Shown here one piece after another: positions 33,545 through 47,300 of a stretch of DNA of 62,342 bases. Positions within the stretch are counted from its first letter, which is position 1. Each line of letters opens with the position of its first letter. The position numbers were made by a program, and so were the translations under genes. Location of the stretch: NCBI GenBank assembly GCA_002269645.1, contig NIVC01000488.1, positions 1 through 62,342 of the forward strand, written 5' to 3'. Under the pieces are notes generated by a model. The model saw only the letters and a program-made list of their open reading frames with translations, was not told the DNA's origin and made no database searches. The stretch is from Macrostomum lignano. Its lineage: Eukaryota.

Positions 33545-34510
33545 ACCTGTCGAATTGTTGATTGTTGAAGTTTGATGTCGACGTGATGGAAACTTGGAAA
33601 GTAATATTCACGATTTTCTTTCCAAGAAGAGGCAGGAAATCAACCTTCCTCGTGAAGTTGAAGATTAAAAAAAGAAGCTGCATAACTCCAGTACTCGATC
33701 GGTACTGATCGATTTTGTAGATGCTCGCGGAAATGAGTAAACACTCGCCCAACCCTGTTACTGCTATTTGCTATACATGTACTTTGCAAACTGCGTACAT
33801 GCAGTAAGTACACCTGCTCTACGCACGGTAGTTTTCCACGCATTGTCATGCATGGTCATTATACATTTTAATGCTAAAACCGAGTGTTCGTGAAAAGTTC
33901 GCATACTATCGAGATTTTTAAAAAGTTAAATGCAACATCTGCTGTATATTGGATCAATGTAGTAGTAGTATATATAACATTTTGCACACTAGTTAAGCCT
34001 ACAAGTAAACAATTGAATCAAAAATAGGGGAAATGCGTACATTCAGAGCGTCGCATGCTGCGCTAAAATGACAAATGACGACGACACCGATTCTTAAAAT
34101 AATGTAGACATGTAGGGGGGGGGGAGGTTGCTGCGCCGAAACAGGCACACAAAACTCCAGAACACGGCCTAACTTCTTGTTGTGCACCTTATCAAGCAAG
34201 AATGGGACTTTTTCCCTTCGTGTATTCATGGTGCACCCCTGTGCGCCAATCAGCACTGCGCCTCGGTACAGCCTTGCCAAGCCTCCAAATTTCATCAGCA
34301 CTTCGACCACATGTGTCTGCATCAGCTCGGACTTCGTTGGTCACTGGGGCCTTCATTCCCCTTCAACCAGGCGGAGCTTCTGGAGTCTGGACCTTCAGCA
34401 GGTGGCACCTGGTGACACGCTGTTGCAAATTTCTCGAGTTTGCTGATCAAGCCTTGACAATGGGCAAGCCTCAACTGTTGGACATCTTCAGCTAGTCTCT
34501 CAAGCATTCA
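33545..34510 (-). pseudogene. Degenerate coding-like fragment(s), probably TE-derived
   Basis: Protein-like frame QKLRLVEGE*RPQ*PTKSELMQTHVVEVLMKFGGLARLYRGAVLIG... is interrupted by TGA codons; family not recognised. Confidence 0.3.
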
Positions 34511-35340
34511 GTCGTCACTCCGACGCCGTCGGCACCTTCAACAGATGACACCAAGCGACTATATGGACATCCTGTTGCAACCATGTCGGATTTTTCTTAT
34601 CAAGCTTCAATAATGGGCAAGCCTCAACTGCTAGACATCCACAGCTAGTCTTTCAAGTATATTTCAAGCGTATCACAAAGTGATTTGTTAGCAAAATATT
34701 AAAGCAAGATAATTGAGCGTATTGGTTTATTGAATGAAAACTGAATGAAATTATGTATTAAAGCCCATGCTAAATATAAAAAGTTTATTTAATTAAGGTA
34801 TTCACTGAGAATATTTGTGCGTACATAGTTGAGAAATTTGTTAAACGATTCAAAACAAGAAGCGCGTATGTCATACTATGCCCTTATTATAAACCTTTTT
34901 CAGAAACTAAAGAAGCAGATACTTGCATTTTTAAAATATGACACAATACAATAAAAGTAAACAAAATCATGCTGCCTACCAAAGTCAGACATTTGGAATG
35001 AGAATATTTAAAATAAAATATTACTACTTATTGGATAATAAGTAAAAGTGTACCTGACAATTAGTTAGGAACATTTCCAGTTGATTATTAAAATCATTAT
35101 GTGGAGATTTTAGTTTTTTTTTGTATTTGTGAAATTTGAAGAAAAAGTACACGTTCAACCCAGCTAATTAAGCCAATTTTTACACGCCTAATTAAAAATT
35201 ATGAAACACACAGTAAAACCGATATTATTAAAGTATTTTTATGCGACGCTGAATAAATAAATGATAAATGAGTAGCATCGATATCAAATAGGAAAGCTTG
35301 AGTTTCACTTTATTAATTAGACTAATTTAGTAATTGTGCT

Positions 35341-38300
35341 TCACTTCTTGCCCTTGAGGAAGGCTTTGCCTTCTTTAGCGGTGGCCTTCATTGTGCCGGC
35401 GCGCTTTGTGGCCGGCTTCTTGGCCACAGGGGCTGGGCGGGCCTTGCGAGTGCGCAGCTTGCGCTCGCCAGAGGTGCCCACATCCTGCAGTGGAAATTAT
35501 TCTTATTTAGAAATGGTTACTAAGCCAGGCTGTTGGCTGAAACCAGGCACTGAACTTACATGACCCAAGTAGGCCTTGGCCTCGTCAGCAACCTTCTGGA
35601 CAGTGGAAGACCGCTTGATTTTGGTCTTCTTAATCACATTGGTCACTGCTCTGGTGTCGCCAAGCGTAGACTTCTCCTTGCCCAGAATTTGCTTGGCTTG
35701 CTGTTGAAATGTGCAAAAGGTTGTTGGGTCATGCCTTATTAATTATTCATAAATGCTTACTAAGCTGTTTATATAATTATTTGTATGATGATTCTATTCC
35801 AGAAAATTGTTGCCTTAGTGTTTTAGATGCAACTCAGTACTTTCTATATTAGGGTTTTGTTTAGAATCTTTCAGGCTATTTTGCCTGTTTTGCAGACAAC
35901 TGACATTTTTGCTGCTCACAAAGCATAGAGCACACTCATGCTTTGTCCATTATTTAACTCCACAACATAGCATTTTTACCCAAGGCACCGATCAATTTAA
36001 TGCACTTTTGAGCGGCCATTAGTTCACTCTTCATTTGATTTGATTGAGTGGATGAACTGATTGGTCACTTGGGCAGAGATTATAATGTACGGTACATTGA
36101 TTCCACCTGGCGAGGGACCATTAAATTGACAGGCAGAAATAGGCGAGTCTTTAACTTATTTGTAAATTATTAATTGGATTAATAAAGCCATAGCAGTATG
36201 CCTGCTCTTATCAATTAAAAAATTTACTAGTGAAGTTGCTAAATGGTTTAATAATGGCTGGTTTGACTTGCCATTGTGTCTGGGTAAGAGGTCTTTACAA
36301 TTACTTGGGCTGATATTAGCATGCAGCAATTTAAAATGTTAATACTTAATAGGTTATAACATATTTTGACTTCAATTTACTACAACCTACTAAATATATG
36401 CATAGTTAAATGTATGACTAATTGCAATTCGTCAATAAAAGAGATTTAACAATAAATAGTAGAAAATAAACAAATTTAGAAAATAAAAAATGCAATACTT
36501 CCTTTTCAACTGTTTATTATTTGCAACTAGCACCAGTGCAAGTTGTCAGTAGTAGCAACTCAGTTAATACTATCTTAGTTGTTAGCAATAGCTACTATAT
36601 GTAGCATGCAACAATGTAGTGAGGTAGAAATTTTTAGCCACAATAGTATAACCACACAAATAGGCATGTTGCCTTCCCATTCTCTAGATATTCTGTTTAC
36701 CTAAGTGTATTGCCTTATCTCCCATTTAAAAATTCTTTCTACCTAGACATTTTACTTATGCCCCAGGCATTTTTGCTATCCCCTACTAAGATTCCTTTGA
36801 CTATTAGACATTCTGCCTTCTTACTCAATTCCCTATTAGGTGTCTTACTCTCCTTGCTAGCATTCTCCATTAGATAAAAACTTTAGGATAGTGCACTTCT
36901 TTTCTAGGCAACTATGGTTTATCACATAGCCTATTTTCTTCCTCTCTTCCCTAAACTGAATGTAACTGAGTTAAACAATGTCTTGCCACTTGGACACTAA
37001 AGCTACTAGAATATTAATTGAACTTACTCTTTATAGTAAATATATACAAGAAATTTTCTATTTTAAACTCCTCCAAGAAATCCCATAATTCCCCATAACA
37101 ATTGTGGGATTTATAAGTCATAAACTCTCCCTAGAGCCACACTCTAGATCATGTAGTATATGCCCAAAAATTTGGGGATGCATTGTCCTTGCATGCCAAA
37201 AGTAGGCATGCACAGTTAGCATGCATCACTCCTAAGAAAATAGTATGCCTGCACACCTGGTGTGCACTTTAAAGAATCATGCAAAAGAGTTAGTATTAAG
37301 AAGAAAATATAAGAAACGTTCATTTTTAAGTGTAAATTTCAAGCTTTCTAGGTTTCAAAGCTTATAATAAGGCATTTAAACAAATCTTTGCATATAACAA
37401 TTTCTGGTATAAATAGTATTGCTAAAAAGCATAAAAATCAACCAAGTTATCTGCCAAAAAGGTTGTCTTACATAATTCAAAAAGGTCATCTATTTTCACA
37501 ACATAAAAAGGTCATTTATTGTTGCAACATTGGCATAATTTTGGGAATGGGCATGCACTCAATTTTTTGGCATGCATTGGTAATTATTTAATTTTTGTTC
37601 ATGCATGCACCCAGCATGATTTGGACTATAGCTATGCCAATTTTTTAAAGAAATTTTTTTAGAAATATAATAGTTTTTATTAAACTCTTAAATGCCTGTT
37701 CTTTGCTAAAAACTAAAATTCTTTGTTTTAATTTTATTTTTCTCATTGTGTGAATATTTTTGCAAAGATAATTTTTGTTTAAATATACACATAAATTTAG
37801 TAGAAATAGAATCAATTTTCAGCGGAGGAAAGACCAACCTTGTGCCCTGCAGTTTAGTAAGGAAGTTTGTAGCAAATAAGAGTTCTAAGCAAATATATAT
37901 AAAGCAGTTTTCCTGAGTTGATTTATTTTCTCAAGTAAAGTGAAATAGTTGGAAGCATACATAGTATATACTACTGAGAAGTGGAGGTGCTAAGTAGAAG
38001 AAGTCAGTATCTCAGTAATGGCTAGAACTGGAAATATATGGTAGTAGCTTTTGCCAAATGGATATTAGTGATTTATTTCAGCGTCATTTTGAACATTTTG
38101 AAAACTCAGGCAATTCCATTAAGTCAATGCCTTTCTTGTGTACGAATCACGTCATTGCAACAGTATGTTGAACATTAAAAAAGCCAAAATTTGCAAGTAT
38201 TGACGCTTGAACAAGACATTTTTTCATCTGTGTTTTAGTACTGTTAATATACAGCAAGTCATATACTGCTTTTGTAAGCTCAGCTGAACTAGCTATTAAA

Positions 38301-41300
38301 CTATTTAGTTCACAACATTCAGTCCCACATGTGCTAAGATCGCTTGCTGAATGAGTTGCTCTCTGGCGAACAATTGATGTCCCAGAAGACTCTAATCCAA
38401 GGGATGCCAACAAGGCATCTAGCAAGTTTTTGTTCAAGGAAACTATAATTAATGCTTCTAGCATTCCTCAAAAATCGCCATTTTTTGCCAAGTTTGTCGA
38501 CAGTGTTAGCCAAGATGCCACAGATGGCCCAATCACGAATCTGCAGTATTTTTTAATGTTGACTGTGCTACTTGTTGATAAGTGGCTTCCTCTGGCTCCT
38601 ATTTGAGGTAATTTTGTGATTGAGAACCAAAGCCAATTTGAGTCAAGGAAATCATGGTATTTGAATGTGACAGCCAAAAATTACTTTAGGAGTATTAAGT
38701 ATGATGTGCTACATGGCAGGAAAGGACTTTGTGCACCAGACTTTGTGACTGCATTTTTAGAGCGGACTAGACAACATCTAGAAATTAACAAGCGGTGTCA
38801 ATTTGGTATGCCACGAAGCTATATTAATATAAGGAAGATCCATTGTGGGCTGAGGACGTCTGGTATCCACAAAAAAAGACAAAGTACATTGGTCCAAGCA
38901 AGATCACAATTGTTGTGCATGATTCCCTTGATGCCAGACCTAGATCATTCACAAATATGACTGAAGCGCGATCTTCTGACAAGGAAACCTGTGATAAAGC
39001 ATTGTCGATCACAGACAAAGAAGTCCTAACTCAGTCATTAAATGAGCACAAGTCAAAGGTCTATGATTGACGCCTCTGACTTTGCCTCACTTTGCGACAA
39101 TAGGGCGATCAGCATTCAGATCATTAATGCTTACCTCGAGGCAATATTTGAGGGATCACAATGCACTAGCTTTTGCTATAATGATCTCATAATGGCTCAA
39201 GATGACAAGGCACATCATAAATGCAAGGACCTAAAATGACGCTTTTCAGCAACACGTGTAAGTCACTGATAAGGGGGTTGTGGGCTTTAGGCATACTCTC
39301 TTTGAGTTTTTTTATTATATGCACGGTCAATGCATATGTTATATTATGCATATACCTACAAGTAATAAATAATAAAAATCACTACAATTTGCTTTCAGGC
39401 CCGCTACTTCTTCTTTCCAATCTGGCAAGAAAATCCACCCCACTTTGTCTGCTTGGTTGTCGATACGGAAAAAAAGCAGACAACACTAGCGCAACTAGGG
39501 GGGGGGGTGGAAGGGGGCAGCCGCCCCCCCCCCCTTATGGGTGACCGTCTGACCAAACAGAATAAGACATGATTTTTGTTCATTGATGATATCGAGGGAT
39601 TGAGGTAATACTAACATCTTTTCTGTTTATAGTTTAGATTTAGAAGGAAAGCCTACTGGAGTAAAGTAACCAAATATGTCGCTTGGCAAGCAGGCAGCCC
39701 CGGCTGGGCACAGCAGACTGCAGTTTTGTAAGCTTAAGCTAAACCGCCTTCCTCCCTATGCCTATTGGCCCTTTTGCTGTTGGCAGTCTGACCCTCTTCC
39801 CTTCCCTTCCTATCCTACCCTAAACAAGCTAGCCCCCCAACCCAAGCCAACCATGCCAAGGCCCAAATGTACAGTAGTTGTTATTGAGTCTTCAGTGTTG
39901 TGTTTTAATCGAAATGTGTAGTATTGGACATTAGACAAGGGAAGGAAGGAAGAGTGGTGATGGACGTGGTCCAAGGGAAAGGAAATGTGTGACTGAGCCT
40001 GAGGTGGGCCTAGTCTTGGTGCCTCTACACTGGTGCCTGCCTTCCCCACCCCATCCCCACCTCACCCTTCCCAAAGAAAGATGTACATGTAAAGAGGATC
40101 GATGATGTACAGTACAAGTTCAATTTCTGACTGTTATTTCTACTGTTGTTATTGCCTACTGGTACTGGTATAAGAGCAGAGCAGAGTTTTTAACATTAGG
40201 AATACTTGGATATTAACTGTTCTAACGGCAATTGTCTGTTGACTTGACTTATTAAGATTTCAGTCAATTAAGTAATTAAATCAACACGCAAAAAGCTGCA
40301 AAGCAGGGGAGATCTAGTCTAGATCTATGAATGGTATAGATAATCGGGACCAGGACTCGCAGTCCCCCCAGTCGGAGTTGGAGTCGCTTCGAGTTCGAGC
40401 TGCTGCTGCAATTCCTGTTTCTGCAAAAACATGTGATTCAGCTTCATCAGCAGCACCACTATTGGATGATGATGAAGTGCAATCGGCGTCGGCCTTGGCC
40501 TCACTTCCTGTTCCTGCTCCAACACGTGATTTTGTGCCACTTGTGCCTGAATGCCTATGTGACCCTGACCCAGATCGAGGACCAGCACGAGTTGGTCCAC
40601 CACCAAAGAAGTGTCAGCGGCTCCTAACATCCTTTTTTGGCCACAATTCACCTGGACCCATCAGTGCGTCTGCTGACCCCGTGGCTGCTACTGCAGCTGC
40701 AGCTGCTAAATCAGGTTTAAATCATGATCCTGCTAGAGCTGGTCTGAACGAGTCTGCTCTGGATGGCGCAGATGCCAGGCCAAGTTCAAAGCCTATGCCA
40801 GCGGATTCATCAGTAGAATCAACAAGTGCTCCAGCTCTTTCAAAGTAAGCAATCAGAAATTGGCATATTTTACTTCAGGACTGCTGTACAAAACAAACGT
40901 AGAAATGTTACAATGTATTGCAGAATTTGCTTTCGCAGATGACAATGTCAATGCATGACATCAACACGATACATTAACTAATTCAAGGTATTTACCCAAT
41001 CAGCTTAACTGTTTTCCTCTTTATTCAGGCTTGACATTGGACTCTTCTCTAACCCTGCTGATTCAGCCATGAAACTGCAATTTCTCACCAATTCTTGGAC
41101 GCCTCCTCCAACCTACCAAATGCCATACGAGGAGCGAATGTCCAAGGGTGAAGTTGAGAAACGTTACTTGCGGCTTGACCATCTACAGAGAACTCCATGG
41201 CTGACATTCTCTCATGCAAGGAATGGACTTTTCTGCCGCATTTGCGTCATCTTCGGCTTACATGAGAGCTCTAATTTCAAGGTAAGCAAGTGAGACTTGA

Positions 41301-44300
41301 GAGGGGAGGGGAGGCCAGGGTGACAGAGTCTAACGGACTAGGTGGGACCGTGGGGTTGAGCATTCACTTTGATTGTAAAAATCAGTATCCCTCTAGCCTC
41401 TATGATTGATTAGATTGGATTGGGTTGGGTTATTCAATGAGTTCAAGTTCAATTTTATCCAACTTAAAATCCGCTTTTGTCTTTTTGTGGTTATGTCTTT
41501 TAGTTACATAAGCAATAGCAGCAAGCTTTACCATTAATCCCGATTCAGATGCTTTTGGGAAATGTATATGATTTCAATATGTTTTACATTTCTTCAGGGC
41601 CAAGCACTTGGAAAGCTTGTCAATGAGCCGTTGCGGCAGTACTCCCAACTCTATGGTGTTGATAGCTATGTCACGGCGCATGAAAAAATGCAATATCACA
41701 AGAAGAATAGTCTCATGGCCAGCGAGTTTAAGCGATTGCTGCCAGAAGATCACATTGATGCTCAGCTGGCTCTGCAAAAGGCTGATACTCTAAGCAAGAT
41801 AAGGAAGGTTCTAATCTCCATCATTCGTGGTAAGTTTAAGTAACATTTAATTTAATTTACTTTCTCAGAACAAACTAGTGAACTTTAGAGACATGGGATT
41901 CATTCATCCACTCATAAATTATAAATATAAATCCTATTTCAGCAATTCTGGTGTGTGGAAAAAGTGGACTTGCTCTTCGTGGCCATCGTGACAGCGGTCA
42001 AATTTTGGAACCCCAGGATCACAATGATGGTGTGTTTCGTGAGCTGCTGCGTTCATTTGTCGATGCCGGTGACAAAAACCTGGAAGACCATCTACGCCAT
42101 GGGCCTGCGAATGCCAAGTACACGAGCTGGCTGATTCAAAATAGCTTAATTGAGTGTCTAGGTGAAGTCATCCTTGATCAGCTTCGAATGCGAATAAGCA
42201 AATCAAAGTTTCTGTCGATACTTGCTGACGAGACAACTGACTCTTCCCGACAGGAGCAGATGACGATTTGCATCCGCTACATTAACGAAGGAGCAATATA
42301 TGAGGATTTTTTAGGATTCTCTTATGCAGAAGATCTGAGTGGCGAGGGACTCGGCAACCAGATTCTGAGTGAGATGGCGCGTCTACAGATTGATCTGGAA
42401 TGTAAGCTAGTTGGGCTTGGCTTCGATGGTGCGAGTGCAATGAGCGGTAAATTCCGAGGTGCCCAGGCCGTAATACGGCAGAAGTACCCATCCGCAATCT
42501 ATATCCACTGTGCTGCACACTGCCTCAACCTTGTAATCTCAAAAAGCAGTGAAGTTGCCCAAATTCGCAATACCTGGGGTATTGTCCGTGAAGTTGGAAC
42601 ATTTTTTAATTCGTCAGCTCAGCGCGTTAAGTTGCTGGAGGACGCCGTCATCAAGGCTGCCGCTTCCGTTGAAGATGCTGCTGCCGCTTCGTCTCGAATC
42701 AAGCGTGTTAAAGTGCTTTGTGACACACGCTGGGTTGAGCGGCATGATGCTCTCCTGAATCTGTCAAAGCTACTACCATCCATATTTTCGTCACTTGAAG
42801 AGCTCCGATCTCGTCGAGAGAGTGCAGAAGCTTCACAGAAAGCAAAGATGCTACTCTGTGCCATGGATGGAGAGTTTATTGTATCACTCTGCATTCTTAA
42901 GTCGACGCTAACAGTCACCAAAGGGCTCTCGGAAGCATTGCAACGAACCGCCATCGATTTGTTGAGTGCTAAAAGCTTGATTGCCACTGTTGTGGGTGAA
43001 ATCCAGCAATGGCGCTCAACTGATGACCACTTTGATCAGCTTTGGAGCGAAATTGAGTCAATAGCAGCGCAATTGGAGATCAGCATCGAGCCTCCGAGAC
43101 GCTCAGGTAGACAGCGTCATCGTGCCAACGCTCCAGCATCAACTGTAAAGGACTACTGGCGATTAAACGCTTATTATCCATTCCTGGATTCTACGCTAGC
43201 TAATTTTGACGATCGATTCAAAAGTCTAAAATCAATTGCTTCCGGACTCTCAGCCATTTTGCCTAACAATTGCGTGCGCTGTGAGTTTTCAGACGTGGCT
43301 AGTGCTGCAGTCCACTTCGCTAACTACCTACCAACTGATGAGATGGACTTAATAGAAGTGGAATTCAAGCTGTGGCAACAGCTGTGGAAGAACGACGAAC
43401 CTAAAAATCGCCCGCGCCCGTTAACTATTACTGAGTCGTTGAAAGTTTGCGATAGTGACTGCTTTCCGAATATGCATGCACTGCTCATGATCTATGCAAC
43501 TTTACCAGTATCAACAGCCACTGGAGAGCGCTCGTTTTTGACACTGAAGTTTGTCAAAAATTACCTGCGCAGCACTATGGGTGAAGAGTGACTAAATGGC
43601 CTGGCACTTATGTTCATCCACCGAGAGCTGCTATCCAACACTTCTGAAGTGAGCAATGCTGCAGTGACTAAGTTCTTGCAGATGGATCAGCACCGACGGG
43701 CAGCATTTTGATTTTGATTTGCCTTAATGAAGCAGAAGCAATGAATGTAAACTGGTAACTGACAGCGAATCAAATTTTATGTTTTCTTTCTAACTAGCAA
43801 TTGTATGCCACCCTCTGGGATGCGGGACATAGAGCACAATATCTGAAAAAATAAATAATCATCCCCCTGTTGACAACTATAACAAGTATTTTTTGCTTTG
43901 CACAGTTGCAATTGTTAAATAGAAGTAACCAATTTGAAGTTGCGCTTTTTCCACTTGTTTAAATAAATTAACACATTGATTAAATTACTAGCAATGTTTC
44001 ATTCATCACCCTTGATTTCCTGACCAGACCATTTGGCATTTTGTGTTTGTTTATAATTGGTCACAATTCACAAACTTCAAGAGACTGTTCTGTTCGTAGT
44101 GTATCCATAATCCAATAGTCAACAGATGCACTCGTAGAAGCTGCTGGTCTGCTCCGCCCCCCCCCCTTAAGAAAATCCTGGTTGCGCCACTGGCAGACAA
44201 CATTTCTTGATCCACTGGGTGGTATAGATACATGGAGCACTTCATGGTGATACGTGTTACAATTGCATAATCAAATGTCAAACGTCATTGTGCATGCAAA

Positions 44301-47300
44301 AATGTATTTCACTCATATTTCTAAATTTTTTATGATCATCTAGCCGGCTTGCTAGCAATCTCACCATTTGGCAAATTATGGGAGTCTATCAGCCACAATT
44401 GGCATCCGCAACTGTGCAAACAGACGGCTACAACTGCAGTGTCATATTCTGCCTATACGCGAAATGCCAAATGCTAGGACTTCCATACCTCTTCTGCACA
44501 GATGAGCACTTTTTGTTGTGTGCCAGCTTGCGTATATGGCAGACAATTTTATAGTACAATTGCGTCCAACAAACTCCAGACTCAAGTCGATGTAGCAGTT
44601 GCCATAAAACATCACAAGCGAATTCACTGCGCAATTGGGTGAGCTCATCTATTTGAAAGTGTGGTAAAAATTATGTGCAGGCTTCAGTATAGCTAAGTCT
44701 ATAATACATAAGCGACAAATCTTTAATTTCCTTCAAAATTCATATCATATTTAAATATTTAAATATGACCCAATATGTAAAATTGATTCCATGTAGGTAA
44801 GGCATGACCTTTGTGACATGTGGTACCATACTTTCTATGTCGGCTTGTCCCCTCAACAGTGACATAGTGAAAAAGTTGAACCACTTCTGTGTGCAATATC
44901 TACCTGTCTCTCTATAGGCATGAGCACAAAGAGTAATGGTTCAGACTAAGAATTTTGAATTATGAGTTACGATCCAATCCAGTTGTTAGCTACATATGTA
45001 TATGATGCATGAAAGAGCTGCTAAGTTGTACATGATTATTTTTATTAAATTGTTTGCACATTTATAACACATGATAATCATATGCAGTTGAAAGCTTAGT
45101 GGATCATAAGTCACAGATTTACTTTTGTTTTGCACATTTACACATGTGCATGTAATTGACAATTCTTCTGTTAGTTTATTTTTTGCTTTGAATGTGTCTG
45201 TTTTTTTCAAGTATTCGCGGATGTTTCTGTAAATTCTGTTGACTCTTAGTTTTGTCTCTTTTTATTGCTCTTTCACTTTGTTATTCATCATCAGTTATGT
45301 ACAAGTTTGTAGAAACAAAAGTTAATTAAAAATGCGATTTAAATCCTATTTGATGCCTCCAAATGTAACTGGTCTGAAATTGTATGAAGTTAAAAATATG
45401 CATGTATAAGTTACTTATTAAATTCTACCACTTTACATGTACATGTTTACATGTATGACCAATACATCCAGCTTGTAATTAGTGAAAATAGTTTATAGCA
45501 CAGACAGATCCAGAGCTATTATAAACTGGCTAGAAGACTTGACATTGAAATAGTTAACAAAACATAAAATATTTACTTGGCCTCCTGTGCCCTTACCAGC
45601 ACAGTCTATTTGAGTACAATAAATCGAGGTTCGAACCAAGACCTTTTCTAGCATTTCAATATTCAAAACTATTCATATTAACATGTGAAGCTTTGATGCT
45701 AACTTAACTATTGGCCTAAATGACACACAATTAGGCTGGGGCTACATTTGAGCCAAGTATGGGACCAAAAAATCAGAGTCAATTCCTGGGCCAAACAAGA
45801 GCAGTCTGCTGGCAAACAAGAGTGCAATAATTAACAATTGGTGCCCGCAATATTTATACCAAATACTTTGCTCTAGTAAAACAAACTGTCACAATATCCG
45901 AGGAGCCCTACGACACATGTATAGGGCAGTAATTTGCATCCCAAACAATACTAAGTGTAGCGTATAGCACGATTGTGGACTATATTCTGGATTGCAAATG
46001 ATATATAGATATATACTGTATATCACCACCTGTAGATGCAACGGAGGGGATTTTAAATCAAAGCATATCTTGTTATTGTTGTAAATATTGTTGTTATTTG
46101 CTCTCTTTAAGTAGTAATCATTTATGAGACATTGCCCAATTAAAAAAAATCAGTTAACTGACGAATCCATTAATATAATTGCGTTAAAAGCAATACTTTG
46201 TTAACCAGAAAACAACTACTAAATTTGCACTATGAATTAGCATTTGTACCTCAGCAAATCTAAAAGTACATGCATTTAAAAAATCCATTTTAAACCAGAG
46301 GTCAATAACTCTAAGTTGGATACATGAATCTTGCAGAAATTGCACAGAAATGTAGATTTCTTTTGTTATTTCTTATTTTCACTTTAACTCCAAATTAGTT
46401 TTCAGTTTTGAGTGCAGACCAGATTATAAAACTTTTTTCATATTGAAAATGCACTAAAATGTATGCATTTAAACGTCTATTTCAAACTAGAAGTCAATAA
46501 CTCCGAGTTGGATACATGAATCTTGCAGAAATTGCACATAAATGTAGATTACTTTTGTTATTTTTTATTTTCATTTCAAATCCAAATTAGTTTTTAGTTT
46601 TGAGTACAGGCCAGGTCTTCAAACATTTTAACAGAGTCTGTAAATGTATGGAAATTGTTGAATTTATATTGTCCATTTTAAACTAAAGATCAATAGCAAC
46701 AAGATGGATGAATGAATGGGACTGAAAAGTCACAATAAAAATGTAAAAAACAGTTGTTATTTTTTTATTATCTGATTATCACAGATTTAGACATACGGTT
46801 AGCTTTTGTAGGATTAGAAAATTTGTTTATCTTTTCACAAATTTGGAGTTGGAGTTGGAGTTGGAGTTCGAATGCGGGGGCTATATATTGAACCTAAAAA
46901 TTCTATATGCTAAGTGTATGCCAAGATTGTTAGCAAGAGCAAAAATATGCCGGAATTTTCCAGCATATAGGTCACCTTCTGGACTATAGATGCTAATGAT
47001 AGGAGGGCCTAGGCTTAGAATACAAACAATCTTTTTAGGCCTACAATTCAATTTTTTTAGTCAGTTGATATTTGTCCGCTGACCGGATGAATAGCGATGT
47101 GGTTATTTGTCCAGTTACTGGATCCTGACCACGCTTTCCTATTCATCCAGTTAATACCGGACAAATAGACATTTTGTTATTTGTCCAGTTAAATTGATAA
47201 TGCTAAAATATCTAGTTTATAAAAACCACAAGGGTAAATATTCCTAGACTTCAAAGACTTCTTACTTGTGTCTTGATTATTATATTGTTATACACTAGTG

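Noticed and set aside
35341-35700. Histone H1 or HMG assignment for the small basic protein
   Set aside because: No winged-helix globular domain, GRP AT-hook or HMG box; only compositional similarity.
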